Part shown: positions 29,057 to 37,125 of the stretch, piece by piece | Layout: every line of letters begins with the position of its first letter | Numbering within the stretch: position 1 is the stretch's first letter | DNA from: Candidatus Latescibacterota bacterium | GTDB lineage: Bacteria; Latescibacterota; UBA2968; UBA8231 | Length of the DNA: 64,000 bases | Direction: 5' to 3' | Assembly (NCBI GenBank): GCA_965242865.1 | Contig: CBDETK010000013.1 | Location: 3,744,001-3,808,000, forward strand | Translations under genes and position numbers: made by a program | Notes under the pieces: model-generated | The model's input: the letters and a program-made list of their open reading frames with translations, nothing else | Told to the model about the DNA's origin: nothing | The model's database searches: none

Positions 29057-30028
29057 ATGGACCAAGCCAATACAGTACAGCGCATGGCCGAGGCGGCCGG
29101 CAATTTGCTCGCGTCTTTAGATGCGGCCGGCCGGCAAAAGGCGGTGCTCGATTTTGCCGACCGCGCAGAGCGCGAAAACTGGCACTACGTGCCGCGGGAG
29201 CGCGCCGGATTGCCGCTAAAGGAAATGGACGAGCACCAGCGGGTGCTAGCGCATGCATTGGTGGCGACCGGAGTCAGCGCGTCAGGGTACGAGAAAGTCT
29301 CGACGATCATTTCGTTGGAGTCAATACTGGCCGAGTTGGAGGGGGCTGGGCGGCGCTTTGAGCGCGATCCTGAGCGGTACTACGTGAGCATTTTCGGCGA
29401 GCCGGGCGGCGACGCGCCTTGGGGCTGGCGTTTTGAGGGCCACCACGTCTCGCTCAACCACACGATAGTAGAAGGTCGGATGCTCGGCTCAACGCCGCTG
29501 TTTTTTGGCTCAAACCCGGCCGAGGTGCGCCACGGCGCGCAAACGGGGCTGCGGGCTTTGCGGGAGGAGGAAGATCTGGGGCGTCAGCTTTTGCGCGAAC
29601 TAGACGGCGCGCAAAAAGCGGTGGCCGTCGTCAGTGCCGAGGCCCCTGGGGACATCCTCACGACCAACGCCCCCCATGTGCGCGACGAAATCGCGCCCAA
29701 GGGCTTGGGCCGTGCGGATATGAGCGCGGCGCAGGGCCAGGTTTTGGACGCGCTGATCGAAGTGTACGTCCAGCGCCTGCCCGAAGCGGTGGCCGAAGCC
29801 GAGTGGACGCGCCTCAAAGCAGCCGATTTGCCGGCCGCGCACTTTGCTTGGGCTGGCGCAGAGGAACGGGGGGGGCCGCACTACTACCGGGTGCAGGGGC
29901 CGAGCTTTTTGGCCGAGTACGACAACACCCAAAACGACGCCAACCACATCCACGCGGTCTGGCGCGACCTGCACAACGACTTCGGCGAGGATCTGCTCCG
30001 GCGACACTATCGGCAGAGCCACGCCTAG
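29057..30028 (+). CDS. DUF3500 family protein
   Basis: NWHYVP..GL, WGWRFEGHHVSLN, TPLFFGSNP, YYRVQGP, NHIHAVWRD..NDFG. Confidence 0.85.
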   Translation: MDQANTVQRMAEAAGNLLASLDAAGRQKAVLDFADRAERENWHYVPRERAGLPLKEMDEHQRVLAHALVATGVSASGYEKVSTIISLESILAELEGAGRRFERDPERYYVSIFGEPGGDAPWGWRFEGHHVSLNHTIVEGRMLGSTPLFFGSNPAEVRHGAQTGLRALREEEDLGRQLLRELDGAQKAVAVVSAEAPGDILTTNAPHVRDEIAPKGLGRADMSAAQGQVLDALIEVYVQRLPEAVAEAEWTRLKAADLPAAHFAWAGAEERGGPHYYRVQGPSFLAEYDNTQNDANHIHAVWRDLHNDFGEDLLRRHYRQSHA

Positions 30029-30048
30029 TTCCGATTGGAGCGATTTCT

Positions 30049-32175
30049 TTGACCGTTACGGCCGTCTTCAGCGTACGCGCCGCGTTCTACGAACAATTGC
30101 ACTGCCGCTACCCGCGCCGCGAGTTCGACAACTGGCAGGTCTGGGGCGGCAACCTGACCCTTGAAATCGACGGTCGGATTTGCGAGCCGCCCCTCGCGAG
30201 GGCCTATATCGAGCCGGGCAAAACAGCGGCTCGCGCCCAAGTGCGCTGCGAGCTTTTCGTCGCGGCCATTGACCCGCAGCAAGTTCAGCCGGGAGATGTG
30301 GATGCGCGGCTGTGGACCGATGCCACTGGGACCAACGCTTACCTAGCGATGCGGCTGCTGGTCAACGCGGCAGGCACACCCGTGCTCGCCGGCAACAACC
30401 TCGTCTTTGAGTCGGCCGCTTTCGCGCTTGACCGCACCGGCACCTTCAACTACGCAGTGGAGTTCTCGGCCGACAGCTACGCCGAGGCCGGGCGCAAGGA
30501 ATGGGTCAGCCTCAACGATTTGGCCGAAAATCGCGACGGAGTCGTGGTCGTCAGCCCGGAATGGGTGCGCCAAGGGCCGACGGTCGCCGAGGTCTGCGTG
30601 CGCAAAGTCGGTGCGCGGGTTGCGGGAGGCCGCTTCCGCTCGGGGCGGATCGCCGAACTGACGCGGCGGTTAGACGCCATTGCGGCCGACGTGATTTACC
30701 TGCTGCCCTTTTTTCGCCCGGGTTTTGCAGACCTGCACACCGGCGAGGACGTGCGCAAGGGCACCCTCGGCAGCGTCTATGCAGTGCGGGACTTTTTCCA
30801 AATAGACCCCGAGCTCGTGTCGCCCGCCGAGGAAGTGGATTGGGCGTCGCTGGTGGCGGAAGGGTTGGTGCGCCCCAGCGAGCTGGAAGGTCTCGCCGGG
30901 CGGTCCGCGGCCCAAGCGGAAAAGGCCCTTGGCCGCCAAGCCTTCGTCCAGCTCGTCGGTCGCGCCGAGCTGCGGGCGCTGACGAAGAGGGCACACGCCC
31001 TCGGCAAGAAGATCATCTTCGACTTGGTGCTGATGCAGAGCAGCCGCGACTGCTCCCTGATCGCCGAGCACCCCGAATGGTATTTGCGCGACGAACGCGG
31101 GCGGCCGCAAATCCACCAGATCGCTTGGCTGGTCTATTCGGATGTCGCGCTCTTCGACTTGGTTTACAATCGGCCATTGCAGGAATACCTGCTGGCGATC
31201 GCCCCGTATTGGATCGAGCAATGCGGGTTCGACGGGGTGCGGATCGACGCCAGCCAGACCATTGACCGCCCCTTCCTCAAAAAGCTCAAGAACCGCATTC
31301 AAGCAGCCGCGCCCGAGGCCCTCGTGCTGGGCGAGACCCTGTGCCCGCTAACCGAAGCCGTGGACGTCCCGACCGACGCGATCTACGCGCTCTTGGTTGA
31401 CTTTCACCGCGATGTCGAGCACGCCCAGCCCTTCATCGAGTTCCTAGAGCAGATGAATCGCACCTTCGCGGCGGGCACCGTGGCCATGGCTTACTTTGAA
31501 AACCACGACAGTCCGCGCGCCACCGGCGTGTGGCACGAGCGGTTCCGGGAGTTGTTGCACGGCGACGAGCCGGCGCGGTCCTACTGGCAGGGCCTCCCCT
31601 GCCCCATCCAGCCGGACCCGGACGACCGCGCTCTGCTGATGGCCCTGCTCAAGAACTTGCAGGCCGCCCTGATCGATGGCTCGGCCGGCTCGGCCTGTGG
31701 GTGCAATCTGACGCGGGGTTTGGAGTTGGGCAGCGAGTGGGGCGAGGAAGCGCGCACGGACTTTGAAAACGAGACCCTGTTGCATTTTGAGCAAGCCGGG
31801 CGCGAGCCATACGCCAGTCTAGCGAGGGCCTACGAGCGGCTCTTCGCGCTACAAAAGGAATGGCCGGAGTGTTGCGACGGAGCGATCTACTTCCACCGCA
31901 ACGAGTTCGCTGGCGGCGACCCAAACGACCGCATTCTGGCGTATGGGCGCTATACTGAGCGGAGCGCGCTATTGGTGGCGCACAACTTTGACCCGCGCAC
32001 TGTGCGGCGGGCCTGCTACCGCTTTGATTACCTGCCGCAGCCGCCCACCGCGCGCCAAAAGTGCTTCGACACGTACGAGGCCCTTGCGATTGAGGCGACA
32101 CCCGCCCGCGACGCGCTCTGGGAGGTCAGCCTCATGCCGCTACAGACAACGGTGTGGCGGCTTTGCTTTAAGTGA
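30049..32175 (+). CDS. GH13 alpha-amylase-family glycoside hydrolase
   Basis: GTLGSVYAVRDF, FDGVRIDAS (nucleophile), LGE (acid/base), FENHDSPR; TTG start after GGAG (uncertain). Confidence 0.75.
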   Translation: MTVTAVFSVRAAFYEQLHCRYPRREFDNWQVWGGNLTLEIDGRICEPPLARAYIEPGKTAARAQVRCELFVAAIDPQQVQPGDVDARLWTDATGTNAYLAMRLLVNAAGTPVLAGNNLVFESAAFALDRTGTFNYAVEFSADSYAEAGRKEWVSLNDLAENRDGVVVVSPEWVRQGPTVAEVCVRKVGARVAGGRFRSGRIAELTRRLDAIAADVIYLLPFFRPGFADLHTGEDVRKGTLGSVYAVRDFFQIDPELVSPAEEVDWASLVAEGLVRPSELEGLAGRSAAQAEKALGRQAFVQLVGRAELRALTKRAHALGKKIIFDLVLMQSSRDCSLIAEHPEWYLRDERGRPQIHQIAWLVYSDVALFDLVYNRPLQEYLLAIAPYWIEQCGFDGVRIDASQTIDRPFLKKLKNRIQAAAPEALVLGETLCPLTEAVDVPTDAIYALLVDFHRDVEHAQPFIEFLEQMNRTFAAGTVAMAYFENHDSPRATGVWHERFRELLHGDEPARSYWQGLPCPIQPDPDDRALLMALLKNLQAALIDGSAGSACGCNLTRGLELGSEWGEEARTDFENETLLHFEQAGREPYASLARAYERLFALQKEWPECCDGAIYFHRNEFAGGDPNDRILAYGRYTERSALLVAHNFDPRTVRRACYRFDYLPQPPTARQKCFDTYEALAIEATPARDALWEVSLMPLQTTVWRLCFK

Positions 32176-32210
32176 CATCTGTTTCTAACCTCAACTAGGG
32201 AGAACGCATC

Positions 32211-33020
32211 ATGGCGAAAATCGGCGCGATTCACTACAACTGGCCCGGCTGCGACTTAGAGGGCTTCGCCCGGCGAGCCAGCGAAATCGGCTATCGGTAC
32301 TGCGAGTTGCAGATCGGCGATATATGGGATGGCGAGTCCAAAAACGGCGAGCAGACGGCCGCGGCCACGCGCGAGTTATTGGCCCAATACGGGATGCAAG
32401 CCTCGGCTGTCGCGGCGGGCAACGACTTTTTGCAAGCTGACCGTGGCGACTTAGACGCGCAAATTGAGCGCTACCGCTACGTCTGCCAGATCATCCCCCT
32501 AACCGGCACGGACATCGTGCGCTCGGACGGCGGCTGGAACCGCAACGGCGGTGTGCCAGAAGATTACTGGGACGGGATGTTGCTCGAAGCCTTCAAACGC
32601 TGCGCCGATTTTCTCGAGAAGTACGATGTGCGGATTGCCCTCGACAATCACGGAGTTTCCACCAACGATGGCGACTGGCAACTCAGCCTGATCGAGCGGG
32701 TTGGCTCGGACCGGCTCGGCGTCAACTTGGATACGATGAACTATCGCTGGTTCGGGCACGAGTTGGACCAAATCGACCGCTTCTACGAAATACTGGCACC
32801 GCACGTTTTCCACACCCACCTAAAGGACGGCACGGGTGCGCGGCAAAATTACAAGGGGGCAGCACTGGGCGAGGGCGAAATCCACCTCGGCCACGCGGTC
32901 GAGTGCCTCAAGGCGGCTGGCTACGACGGGGCTTGGACCGCGGAATACGAGGGACCGGAGACCGAGGGACAGGTGGGATACGAAAAGTGCTATCAATGGC
33001 TGGTGGAGAACGTGCCCTGA
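32211..33020 (+). CDS. Sugar phosphate isomerase/epimerase (xylose isomerase-like TIM barrel)
   Basis: ALDNHG, NLDTMN, HTHLKD, LGEGEI, AEYEG. Confidence 0.8.
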   Translation: MAKIGAIHYNWPGCDLEGFARRASEIGYRYCELQIGDIWDGESKNGEQTAAATRELLAQYGMQASAVAAGNDFLQADRGDLDAQIERYRYVCQIIPLTGTDIVRSDGGWNRNGGVPEDYWDGMLLEAFKRCADFLEKYDVRIALDNHGVSTNDGDWQLSLIERVGSDRLGVNLDTMNYRWFGHELDQIDRFYEILAPHVFHTHLKDGTGARQNYKGAALGEGEIHLGHAVECLKAAGYDGAWTAEYEGPETEGQVGYEKCYQWLVENVP

Positions 33021-33027
33021 GCGATCG

Positions 33028-33054
33028 CGTATTCCCGTGAAAACGGGAATCCAG
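33028..33054 (+). repeat. REP-like palindrome, copy 4
   Basis: CGT ATTCCCGT GAAA ACGGGAAT CCAG just after the stop codon. Confidence 0.65.
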
Positions 33055-33217
33055 TGGGGCCTGCACACAGAGTCTTCAGACCTTTGAGCCTACGACCCCG
33101 CCCCCTGATACGACCTGATCCCCAGCTTCCAAAACTGGTAGGTTGCCGCAAACAACAGGATCGCCACCAGCGGCGAGAACGCACCCCAATGGCCGGAAGT
33201 TGGGAACCGGGCGCGGC

Positions 33218-35335
33218 TCAAAAGTTTGACATGTAGCTAATTTTCGTCAGCAACACGCGCTCCACGGCCTCGTCCTTGGCCCGGTGTTCGTTGTACGCGA
33301 TGTAGAACCGGCTGTCGTTGACGCCAAACCTGTAACTCAAAAGAAGATTGAGATCGAGGGTGTCCTCGTGGAAGCTGCGCTGAAAAAAGCTGCGGACGAA
33401 CACGTCGCGCTGGAAGAAGTACGTCGTCCGCAGCAACAGGACGCGCTTGACTTCGTCTAATGCCCCGGAAGGGAAATACTCCCACACGGATTCCGCGCTC
33501 GAGTCGAAAAAGAATCCCTTCCCCAAGTTGAAGCGCAGCAGCCCGGATACGCGCCGGATGTCGCCCAAGTATGCGTCAGCAAAGTCGTACTGATCGCGGA
33601 GTTGGCCGATGAGGCGAAGGCGGTATTTGCGCCCGTTGCCGGTGTCAAAACCAGCTTCAAACGAATCGCCATTGTACGTGCGTTGCTGCCACCGCAATTG
33701 CCAATTCTCATGGGTGAACCACGCCCGCGAATCGTCCCAGCGCCGCACATACAAATCGACGTTGCTCCACTGCCATTCCCACCCCTGTTCGTTGGTTCGC
33801 TGCTCGGCGGTGAATGCCTGCCCCAAGTAGATTTGCTTAATGCCGAAAAACGGCGGACGCAGCGCGTAACTGCCATCGACCCCGAACTCTCGTTCCCCGA
33901 CATCGGCGTCGTGCGGGATAAAGCCGATCTGATCGACGTTGAACCCCGGGTCAATCCAAGACGCCCAAGCCCGGAAGGGCCAGCGGTCGGAATTTCGCGT
34001 CAGGCGGCCGGTGTGCATTTTGTTTTGCTCGCCGACATCCGCGCCAAAGCTCATAGCCGAACCGAGGAAGAGCTTGGCGTTTTCGGTCAGGCTCAACACG
34101 AGGTCGCTGCCGATGGCCTGCTGCCCTAGACTGTCATCCCTGCCGACCGCTAACGCGCCGATAGAGGAGTTGACCCCGAGGTCGCGCTTGAGGCGCAAGA
34201 CGCCAAAATGCGGCTTGGTTCCATCCTCTTGGCGGTTGCGCGCCGCAATTAGGCCGAGGCTGTTCTTGCCGATCTTACCCGTTATTTTGCTGCCGACATC
34301 CGGGTCGCTAATCCGGCGACTGTAAAAGAGATCCATCGGCGTAAAGAGCGTTTGCCCTTCGAGGAAGAAGGGCCGCTTCTCTCGGAGGTAGAGTTCAAAC
34401 CGCGTCAGGTTGATTTGGCTTTCGTCGGCTTCGATGTGGGCAAAGTCCGGGTTGAGGGTCGCGTCGAGGGTGAGGTTGGAGGCGATGCCGTACTTCAGGT
34501 CGATCCCCAAGTCGCCGGCCCACCCTTCGGCGGGCTGATCGCGCCGCTTTTCGTAGCGCCCGGTCACATAAGGCCGGGTCTCTAAGTGCAGCCCCTGTTT
34601 GATGCGACCAATGCCGTGGAGATGGCCGGCCTTGGACACCGTTAAGAGGTAGCGGACGTCTCTGGAGATAAACGCCCAGTTGCTGTTCTCGGTCCCGGTC
34701 CGGGCGATGCGTTGGACGTTGAGCCCCCACGTGTGCTGTTCGGATTCGGGGAAGCGCAGGGTCTTGAACGGGATGGCGAGCTCGGCACTCCAGCCGCGGT
34801 CGTGGCGGTGGGTCTCGGCCTGCCAGACGCCGTCCCAGTTCTGGTCGATGCCGCCCCAGCCGCCCGCCCCGTCGTCTTGGACGCGAAAATCGTTTTGGAT
34901 GCCATAAGCGTTTATGTAGAAGCCGTAGGCGTTTTGGTGATCGTGATAGGTGTCTAGCACGAGGCCCACTAGATCGAGGGGTGCGAACCGACCATCTCGC
35001 TCTACCATGCGCCCTGCTATGTTACTGGGTTCCTCGTCTAGCATGTCGAGGCCGATGTACAGGTAATCGGCGTCGTATAAGACGCGGATAAAGGTTTGGT
35101 TGGTGGCGGCGACGCCCTCATGGGGGTCGATCAAAATAAAGCCGGTCGAAGGGGTGGCGATCGCCCAGCATTCGTCGTCTAGAGCACCATCTACTTTCGG
35201 TGGGATGTGCGTCTTGAAGGCGTCCATCTCTTTGTCGCTCTCGTGAGCCGGTGCAGCCGGTGCGACGATGAGCGCGGCTCCCCAGAGTAGAACCGCGAGG
35301 ACGCGCTTGGTTGCATAAGCTGGATTCGCTGTCAT
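33218..35335 (-). CDS. CBM9-like + DUF5916 outer-membrane protein
   Basis: Signal peptide; VDGALDD..W, LDTYHD, WDGVW, WSAELAIPFKTLRF, TLNPDFAHIE, EKRPFFLEG, FYSRRI; C-terminal F. Confidence 0.8.
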   Translation of the reverse strand: MTANPAYATKRVLAVLLWGAALIVAPAAPAHESDKEMDAFKTHIPPKVDGALDDECWAIATPSTGFILIDPHEGVAATNQTFIRVLYDADYLYIGLDMLDEEPSNIAGRMVERDGRFAPLDLVGLVLDTYHDHQNAYGFYINAYGIQNDFRVQDDGAGGWGGIDQNWDGVWQAETHRHDRGWSAELAIPFKTLRFPESEQHTWGLNVQRIARTGTENSNWAFISRDVRYLLTVSKAGHLHGIGRIKQGLHLETRPYVTGRYEKRRDQPAEGWAGDLGIDLKYGIASNLTLDATLNPDFAHIEADESQINLTRFELYLREKRPFFLEGQTLFTPMDLFYSRRISDPDVGSKITGKIGKNSLGLIAARNRQEDGTKPHFGVLRLKRDLGVNSSIGALAVGRDDSLGQQAIGSDLVLSLTENAKLFLGSAMSFGADVGEQNKMHTGRLTRNSDRWPFRAWASWIDPGFNVDQIGFIPHDADVGEREFGVDGSYALRPPFFGIKQIYLGQAFTAEQRTNEQGWEWQWSNVDLYVRRWDDSRAWFTHENWQLRWQQRTYNGDSFEAGFDTGNGRKYRLRLIGQLRDQYDFADAYLGDIRRVSGLLRFNLGKGFFFDSSAESVWEYFPSGALDEVKRVLLLRTTYFFQRDVFVRSFFQRSFHEDTLDLNLLLSYRFGVNDSRFYIAYNEHRAKDEAVERVLLTKISYMSNF

Positions 35336-35539
35336 CGCCGAGGTTCCTCCGTGCCTAGCGGACAAACTGCAAGGTGCCGAACACCGAGCGGTCGTAAAAA
35401 TTCCTACCGCCGCCGCCAGACCATACGAGAGTGGACTTTATGCCTTCTCCGAGAAGGTCGCAGTCGTCTATCTCAATGTCAAAAAGTATTTTCCGGCCGA
35501 TGGTAGTTCGACGTCTAGTGCTGCAGTTAAGAACGCTTT

Positions 35540-36073
35540 TTAGGCGAAAGTTCTGGCACTGCTGACGTGCAGGGAGGCGAGAAAGTCCTCGATCTCTCTC
35601 TCATTTCTCACGATGATTACCTTTATACTTTCCGGCCAGCAGCGGATGTGCGCGTAAACTTGTCGGCGCCATTTCCCGTGGTGGGTGAGCCTGCGAAAAA
35701 GAAATCCTAGCTCAAGTCTCTCGGGGCATCCCGGGGCTATCTCAGTTTGCTTTTTTCCCCGTTTTGACAATATGATTCTCTTCAGCGCACGCCAGAAACA
35801 CACGAGTCTGGGGATGTCAAGATAGACGACGGTGTCTGCTCGCATCAGTCTCGTGCTGAGACTCTCGCTGTAATTTCCATCCATGATCCACGCCTCCTCC
35901 TTCACCAACTCGGACAACAGTATTTGCCACTCGGATTGCTTTGGCCGTTTCCACCCAGGCCGCCAGTATATAGCATCCAGATGGACGACGTTGATGCCTA
36001 GTGTGGCACCCATCCGCTGGCTAACCGTGCTCTTACCTGCACCCCCCGGACCGAGGACTAGGATTCTTTTCAA
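35540..36073 (-). CDS. FlaR/topology-modulation P-loop kinase family
   Basis: KRILVLGPGGAGKST, HLDAIYWRPGW, WIMDGNY, RADT, GCPE; lower GC. Confidence 0.85.
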   Translation of the reverse strand: MKRILVLGPGGAGKSTVSQRMGATLGINVVHLDAIYWRPGWKRPKQSEWQILLSELVKEEAWIMDGNYSESLSTRLMRADTVVYLDIPRLVCFWRALKRIILSKRGKKQTEIAPGCPERLELGFLFRRLTHHGKWRRQVYAHIRCWPESIKVIIVRNEREIEDFLASLHVSSARTFA

Positions 36074-36083
36074 AGGGTATGAT

Positions 36084-36914
36084 TCAGAGTTTGATGACGG
36101 CGATGAGGATGCCAGTGATGGCGACCAAGGTCGTCATCGTCCACCTGAAGTAGGCATCCATGCGCTTATTGGTCTCGTCGATGCGGCGGTGAACGGCTCC
36201 TATCTGATTGCGTAGGTCTTGGATTTGTTCACTCAACGAGCGGTTGGTCTCGTCAATGCGGTGGTGAGACGCTTGGATTTGTTCACTCAACGAGCGGTTG
36301 GTCTCGTCAATGCGATGGTGAGACGCTTGGATTTGTTCACTCAACGAGCGGTTGGTCTCGTCAATGCGATGGTGAACGGCTCCTACCTGATTACGCAGAT
36401 CTTGGATTTGCTCGCCTAACGAGAGATTGGTCTCGTCGATGCGATGGTGAACGGCTCCTACCTGATTGCGTAGGTCTTGGATTTGTTCACTCAACGAGCG
36501 GTTGGTCTCGTCGATGCGATGGTGAACGGCTCCTACCTGATTGCGTAGGTCTTGGATTTGTTCACTCAACGAGCGGTTGGTCTCGTCGATGCGATGGTGA
36601 ACGGCTCCTATCTGATTACGCAGATCTTGGATTTGTTCACTCAGCGAGAGCTTGGTCTCATCGATGCGCTGGTGAGCCGCTTGGATTTGTTCGCCCAACG
36701 AGCGGTTGGTCTCGTCGATGCGATGGTGAACGGCTCCTACCTGATTGCGTAGGTCTTGGATTTGTTCACTCAACGAGCGGTTAGTCTCGTCGATGCGATG
36801 GTGAACGGCTCCTACTTGATTACGCAGGTCTTGGATGTCTTCGCGCAGATAGCTGATGCCCCAGTGCAGGTCTTCGGAGATGGGACGAGGTTGAGGGGTG
36901 GGACTATCGGTCAT
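36084..36914 (-). CDS. Tandem-repeat coiled-coil protein with C-terminal membrane anchor
   Basis: 25-aa and 18-aa repeats; C-terminal TM WTMTTLVAITGILIAVIKL; AAGGAG RBS. Confidence 0.85.
   Translation of the reverse strand: MTDSPTPQPRPISEDLHWGISYLREDIQDLRNQVGAVHHRIDETNRSLSEQIQDLRNQVGAVHHRIDETNRSLGEQIQAAHQRIDETKLSLSEQIQDLRNQIGAVHHRIDETNRSLSEQIQDLRNQVGAVHHRIDETNRSLSEQIQDLRNQVGAVHHRIDETNLSLGEQIQDLRNQVGAVHHRIDETNRSLSEQIQASHHRIDETNRSLSEQIQASHHRIDETNRSLSEQIQDLRNQIGAVHRRIDETNKRMDAYFRWTMTTLVAITGILIAVIKL
36165..36836 (-). repeat. Coding tandem repeat of 75-nt and 54-nt units
   Basis: IQDLRNQVGAVHHRIDETNRSLSEQ x7 (last partial) and IQASHHRIDETNRSLSEQ-type x3; near-identical DNA. Confidence 0.9.
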
Positions 36915-36971
36915 GGCAAACTCCTTGAGGATAGCAGGCTAAAAAGGAATATGGCGACGCAAGGGCAGTAA

Positions 36972-36988
36972 AGCAATCTATGTGCCAA
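36972..36988 (-). promoter_or_regulatory. Sigma54 (-24/-12)-like motif upstream of the coiled-coil gene
   Basis: Minus strand TTGGCAC-ATAGA-TTGCT; overlaps a possible sigma70 TTGCTT-N17-CATATT. Confidence 0.5.
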
Positions 36989-37125
36989 CACCGATCTCTG
37001 AGTAAGGACGGCAATCCGCTAGCTCGATTCTGTATGCGTTCGCACACGCCGGTGGGTGCTTTTCGTTACACGCGGAGTCCGCGGGGTGCCTACGGTATCG
37101 CAAGGATCGAAAGTTAGGGCACGGC

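Noticed and set aside
36165-36836. CRISPR-like periodic repeats
   Set aside because: Units are contiguous, multiples of 3 and in frame, with no unique spacers or cas genes; this is a coding repeat.
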